DNA from: Phoronis australis
Taxonomy: Eukaryota > Animalia > Phoronida
Assembly (NCBI GenBank): GCA_002633005.1
Contig: NMRA01000584.1
Location: forward strand, 130,495-194,494
Length of the DNA stretch: 64,000 nt
Direction: 5' to 3'
In this document: one piece after another, positions 62,401-64,000 of the stretch
How the letters are laid out: every line of letters starts with the position of its first letter
Numbering within the stretch: the first letter of the stretch is position 1
Translations under genes and position numbers: made by a program
Notes under the pieces: generated by a model
The model's input: only the letters and a program-made list of their open reading frames with translations
Databases searched by the model: none
What the model was told of the DNA's origin: nothing

Positions 62401-62731
62401 TGTGGGAGAAGTGAATTAATGTTCTTACCTAGTTGTTGCTCAGTGGGCCAGCTAGCCTCTGGGTTTAAAGATAAAAATGTTTTTTGTCACAGTCATTTTT
62501 TGTGGTAAATTGTGACGTCGTCAATGTGGTTACAAGTTTTAAATTTTGATGTCTGTCAACACATGTAATGGTTTGTTGATTGCTTTGTCCTGGTGTTGTT
62601 TAAACGCAGGAACCTCATTCGATGGTGGTGTATCAGTAGATAAAGGTCTGATCAGTCATCTATGTTTTTGTTTTTCAGCATCAACGTTTAATCCACTCAC
62701 AGGTGAAGACTACCCTGGTGCACCTCCTCAG
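41374..62731 (+). CDS. Jupiter: Jupiter/HN1 (JPT1/JPT2) family microtubule-associated protein, 3'-incomplete; core exons 41374-41426, 50679-50896, 51558-51707, 62679-62731 plus cassette exons
   Basis: The spliced N-terminus MTTTNVYQGRALDRNTS-RVLAEPGGASSDIFG resembles HN1/JPT1 'MTTTTTFKG...SSRVLRPPGGGS' and the Jupiter PPGG..S.IFG motif; a later NPLTG resembles Jupiter NPVTG; all junctions are GT-AG and phase-compatible. Confidence 0.85.
41628..42342. mobile_element. TIR element (TTGACTTACACAAATGATTTTGGTA...TACCAAAATCATTTGTGTAAGTCAA) in Jupiter intron 1; interrupted copy at about 35840-37480
   Basis: Long imperfect inverted arms of about 170 bp; the homologous sequence at 35840-37480 is split by the 36090-37031 insertion. 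Confidence 0.75.
42610..42975. repeat. Dispersed repeat; inverted diverged copy at about 49500-49830
   Basis: GAGAGCCCT, GGGCCTCATGA, CACTTGTAAC and TATTGGTGGTGATTG are shared in opposite orientation. Confidence 0.65.
43986..45375. mobile_element. Non-autonomous Tc1/mariner-pogo-type element with CCGTATTCGCC TIRs and TA TSD
   Basis: TA|CCGTATTCGCCTTAATAACCGCCCA...TGGGCGGTTATTACGGCGAATACGG|TA. Confidence 0.85.
47880..47975 (-). pseudogene. Possible Penelope-type GIY-YIG endonuclease remnant
   Basis: The minus frame LKTPVGVHFSAEHAAIQSLRYQTILIDRL resembles the 'TPVGxHF...H...L' C-terminus of Penelope GIY-YIG domains; short and decayed. Confidence 0.3.
48529..48967. mobile_element. Foldback MITE with CAAGGTACCTAAACTACAC termini and a perfect 5-bp TSD AGTAC
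   Basis: Near-perfect arms of about 195 bp around a short spacer; AGTAC at 48524-48528 and 48968-48972. Confidence 0.9.
50679..50896 (+). CDS. Jupiter: Jupiter-like exon 2 (VLAEPGGASSDIFGTRG...NNDIFGSGDKNAMHVPEPHHGRRI)
   Basis: ttttcag acceptor in phase 2, two DIFG motifs, G|GTACTT donor in phase 1. Confidence 0.88.
51558..51707 (+). CDS. Jupiter: Jupiter-like exon 3 (GLKPKDESS...QRFKAKGQG)
   Basis: 150-nt phase 1-1 open frame with AAG|GTGGGT donor. Confidence 0.78.
52590..53656 (-). mobile_element. DINE-1/HINE-like Helentron, copy 5 (inverted), in Jupiter intron 3
   Basis: TTTGCGCCCACAGATTTATATGTGGG end and GTGGGTGCATTTCAACGCT...TTGTT start read in reverse. Confidence 0.72.
54945..55034 (+). 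CDS. Candidate Jupiter-like cassette exon (EQLDFLIPLPLHYSAGHEFLSNQKYSRLQQG; alternative acceptor at 54990)
   Basis: cttctcag acceptor, 90 nt phase 1-1, strong AAG|GTGAGC donor. Confidence 0.5.
56163..56267 (+). CDS. Jupiter-like cassette exon A (AQTHNPLNWLANRGYENTQPKCWDDQPTPKKVPGKG)
   Basis: ttttaccttcag acceptor, 105 nt phase 1-1, AAG|GTACCG donor, HNPxxW motif. Confidence 0.8.
56684..56782 (+). CDS. Jupiter-like cassette exon B (VQTHNLFTWQPYPGFDDITPVERTPIVIRMKGKG)
   Basis: attgcag acceptor, 99 nt phase 1-1, AAG|GTACAC donor; paralogous to exon A. Confidence 0.78.
57024..57080 (+). CDS. Candidate Jupiter-like cassette exon (GARFLLPREYEIDVRNRSLG)
   Basis: tgtctcag acceptor, 57 nt phase 1-1, weak GTGTCC donor. 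Confidence 0.35.
   Translation: MPDSSCQGSMRLMSATEV
58172..58315 (+). CDS. Jupiter-like cassette exon C (VSSHNPITWRPAEDSKDYWYGNNKSPMKPMDGQPLDQERINSAARRGQG)
   Basis: tccctctag acceptor, 144 nt phase 1-1, AAG|GTACCT donor, HNPITW motif. Confidence 0.8.
58805..58819 (+). CDS. Candidate 15-nt microexon (DKKHSG)
   Basis: tttcattgctttgtttcag acceptor containing TGC, phase 1-1, G|GTACTT donor identical to the exon 2 donor. Confidence 0.45.
60371..60472 (+). CDS. Jupiter-like cassette exon D (ASAYNPVSWSLNPGQSDEPSEPLRSPRGHGLGPKG)
   Basis: ttctcttcag acceptor, 102 nt phase 1-1, AAG|GTACCC donor, YNPVSW motif. Confidence 0.8.
62679..62731 (+). CDS. Jupiter: Jupiter-like exon (ASTFNPLTGEDYPGAPPQ)
   Basis: tttttcag acceptor in phase 1, NPLTG motif, CAG|GTAGGT donor. 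Confidence 0.8.
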
Positions 62732-62837
62732 GTAGGTGATACTGATGTGAAAAGAATGTTATTTTAAAGGGGAATGGGCACCTTACATGCATATGGTTAT
62801 GTAGGACCTTACAAACAAGCCTGTCTGTATATCCATG

Positions 62838-63690
62838 TAGATTATTACATGGAGAAATCATCCCCCGTTATTTAGAGCCCGGGTGGATTTTGGAGAATTA
62901 TCACCCGAGGGGCGTTCGCCCAGAGGGTGATAATTCTACAAAATCCACCAGGGCTCTAGATAAGGGGGATAGCGACTGAGAACATGTAATAATCTATTTA
63001 TACCACATACTGAACGAGAAACACTGCAATGAATCGGTCTACCTTTCTCGACTCGCCTCGGCTTTGTAACTACTCTATGTCATAGGCCCGCTGTCGGAGG
63101 TCGTGACCTTTTAAGAAAAGCTGAGCTATTTTTGTCAGATAATGCTTTTACTCAAAAGCAATTGAAAATTTAAACAAAATAGAAATAAAGTGAATCTATA
63201 AGTTAAGGTTTAGCAACTATTATAGCTTACTACACACGCTAAGCTTCGTCCGGGAAAATATCGTCTGCTAAAGTAGGTTACCACTAGTAACTGAGTGTAA
63301 TGCTCAAGTCGAAGGATCCCGATGACACGATACCCGCATTCAGTTCAAATTGGAAATCGGTGATTTACAAGTGAGAGAACACGAGAGAAAAAATTTCACG
63401 GAATTAAGATATGGAAATTATGCCTCTTATTTTTCATAGCGTATAAATGTCAGTACAATGCCCTTTACTGAACATGCGATTGTTGTGCGTGCTCATTTAA
63501 GTATTCTATTTTCACGTTCGATGACGTCAGCCGCTGAGTGGTATAGTGGTAAAGTCGGCAACTCGAAACTTTGGAGGCCCGGGTTCGAATTTCGAAACCG
63601 GCCTCGGTTTTCCGCTAGTGAGATAACTAAATGGGTTATTACACAGTTGTATCTGCCACTTGACGCTAATATTGTGGTATAAATATAATT
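62838..63690. mobile_element. Non-autonomous element with a 160-bp hairpin and an internal junction complementary to both termini (Crypton/DIRS-like architecture)
   Basis: Left end TAGATTATTACATG, internal CATGTAATAATCTATTTATACCACA, right end TGTGGTATAAAT; hairpin centred on CCGAGGGGCGTTCGCCCAGAGG. Confidence 0.6.
63530..63605 (+). other. tRNA-like Pol III segment inside the 62838-63690 element
   Basis: A-box TGGTATAGTGG and B-box GGGTTCGAAT with GCCG...CGGC ends; the anticodon stem is not intact. Confidence 0.5.
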
Positions 63691-64000
63691 ATCTACAAAA
63701 CTCCGGGAAGTATTGTTTTATGAAAATACAAGCTTGTAGAATTTGATGTTTGCTTGTATACCAATATTTGCCAGTAATTTGGTTGCGTGACCACACATTT
63801 CATGCACCCACATATTTTTGTGTGGGTGCATTGTGCCATCACCTTTGTCCCTTGATGTATGTACATGAAATTTTGGTGATGTTTTCCTATCATAGATGGG
63901 CGGCATGAGCAAATTTTTTAACAAATCTGATTACCGGTGTACTTCTATTAGCAATTTTAGTTTTTTTTTTTACGCTTGCCTTGAGTCTGTGTCTGGATTT

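Noticed and set aside
63530-63605. Functional tRNA gene (also 6752-6812)
   Set aside because: A/B boxes are present but the anticodon and acceptor stems are broken and both sit inside repeats; treated as tRNA-derived segments

Overview
Repeat-rich, AT-rich eukaryotic (animal) genomic DNA, probably from a marine invertebrate, with N-gaps at 4357-4490 and 22945-23447. Two intron-containing genes lie head-to-head, with start codons about 620 bp apart. (1) RNF121/RNF175-type multi-pass RING-H2 E3 ligase on the minus strand: 8 coding exons over 40749..18538, a 975-nt CDS (324 aa). Its last two introns are both textbook U12 (minor spliceosome) GT-AG introns. (2) A Jupiter/HN1 (JPT) family microtubule-associated protein gene on the plus strand, starting at 41374 and running off the window. 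Between its exon 3 and the NPLTG exon lies a nearly transposon-free ~11 kb region. This region holds a tandem array of at least four paralogous, symmetric phase-1 cassette exons (xx[HY]NPxxW...GKG/GQG, all with AAG|GTAC donors) plus candidate microexons, and is the most striking feature of the window. The remainder is mostly non-autonomous DNA transposons: DINE-1/HINE-like Helentron derivatives packed with CTCF-like motifs, hAT-like MITEs with 5-6 bp TSDs, a CACAG-TIR element, pogo/Tc1-type remnants (one with a PHD finger) and an element with tyrosine-recombinase-like split termini. All calls come from manual reading and translation; no database searches were run.
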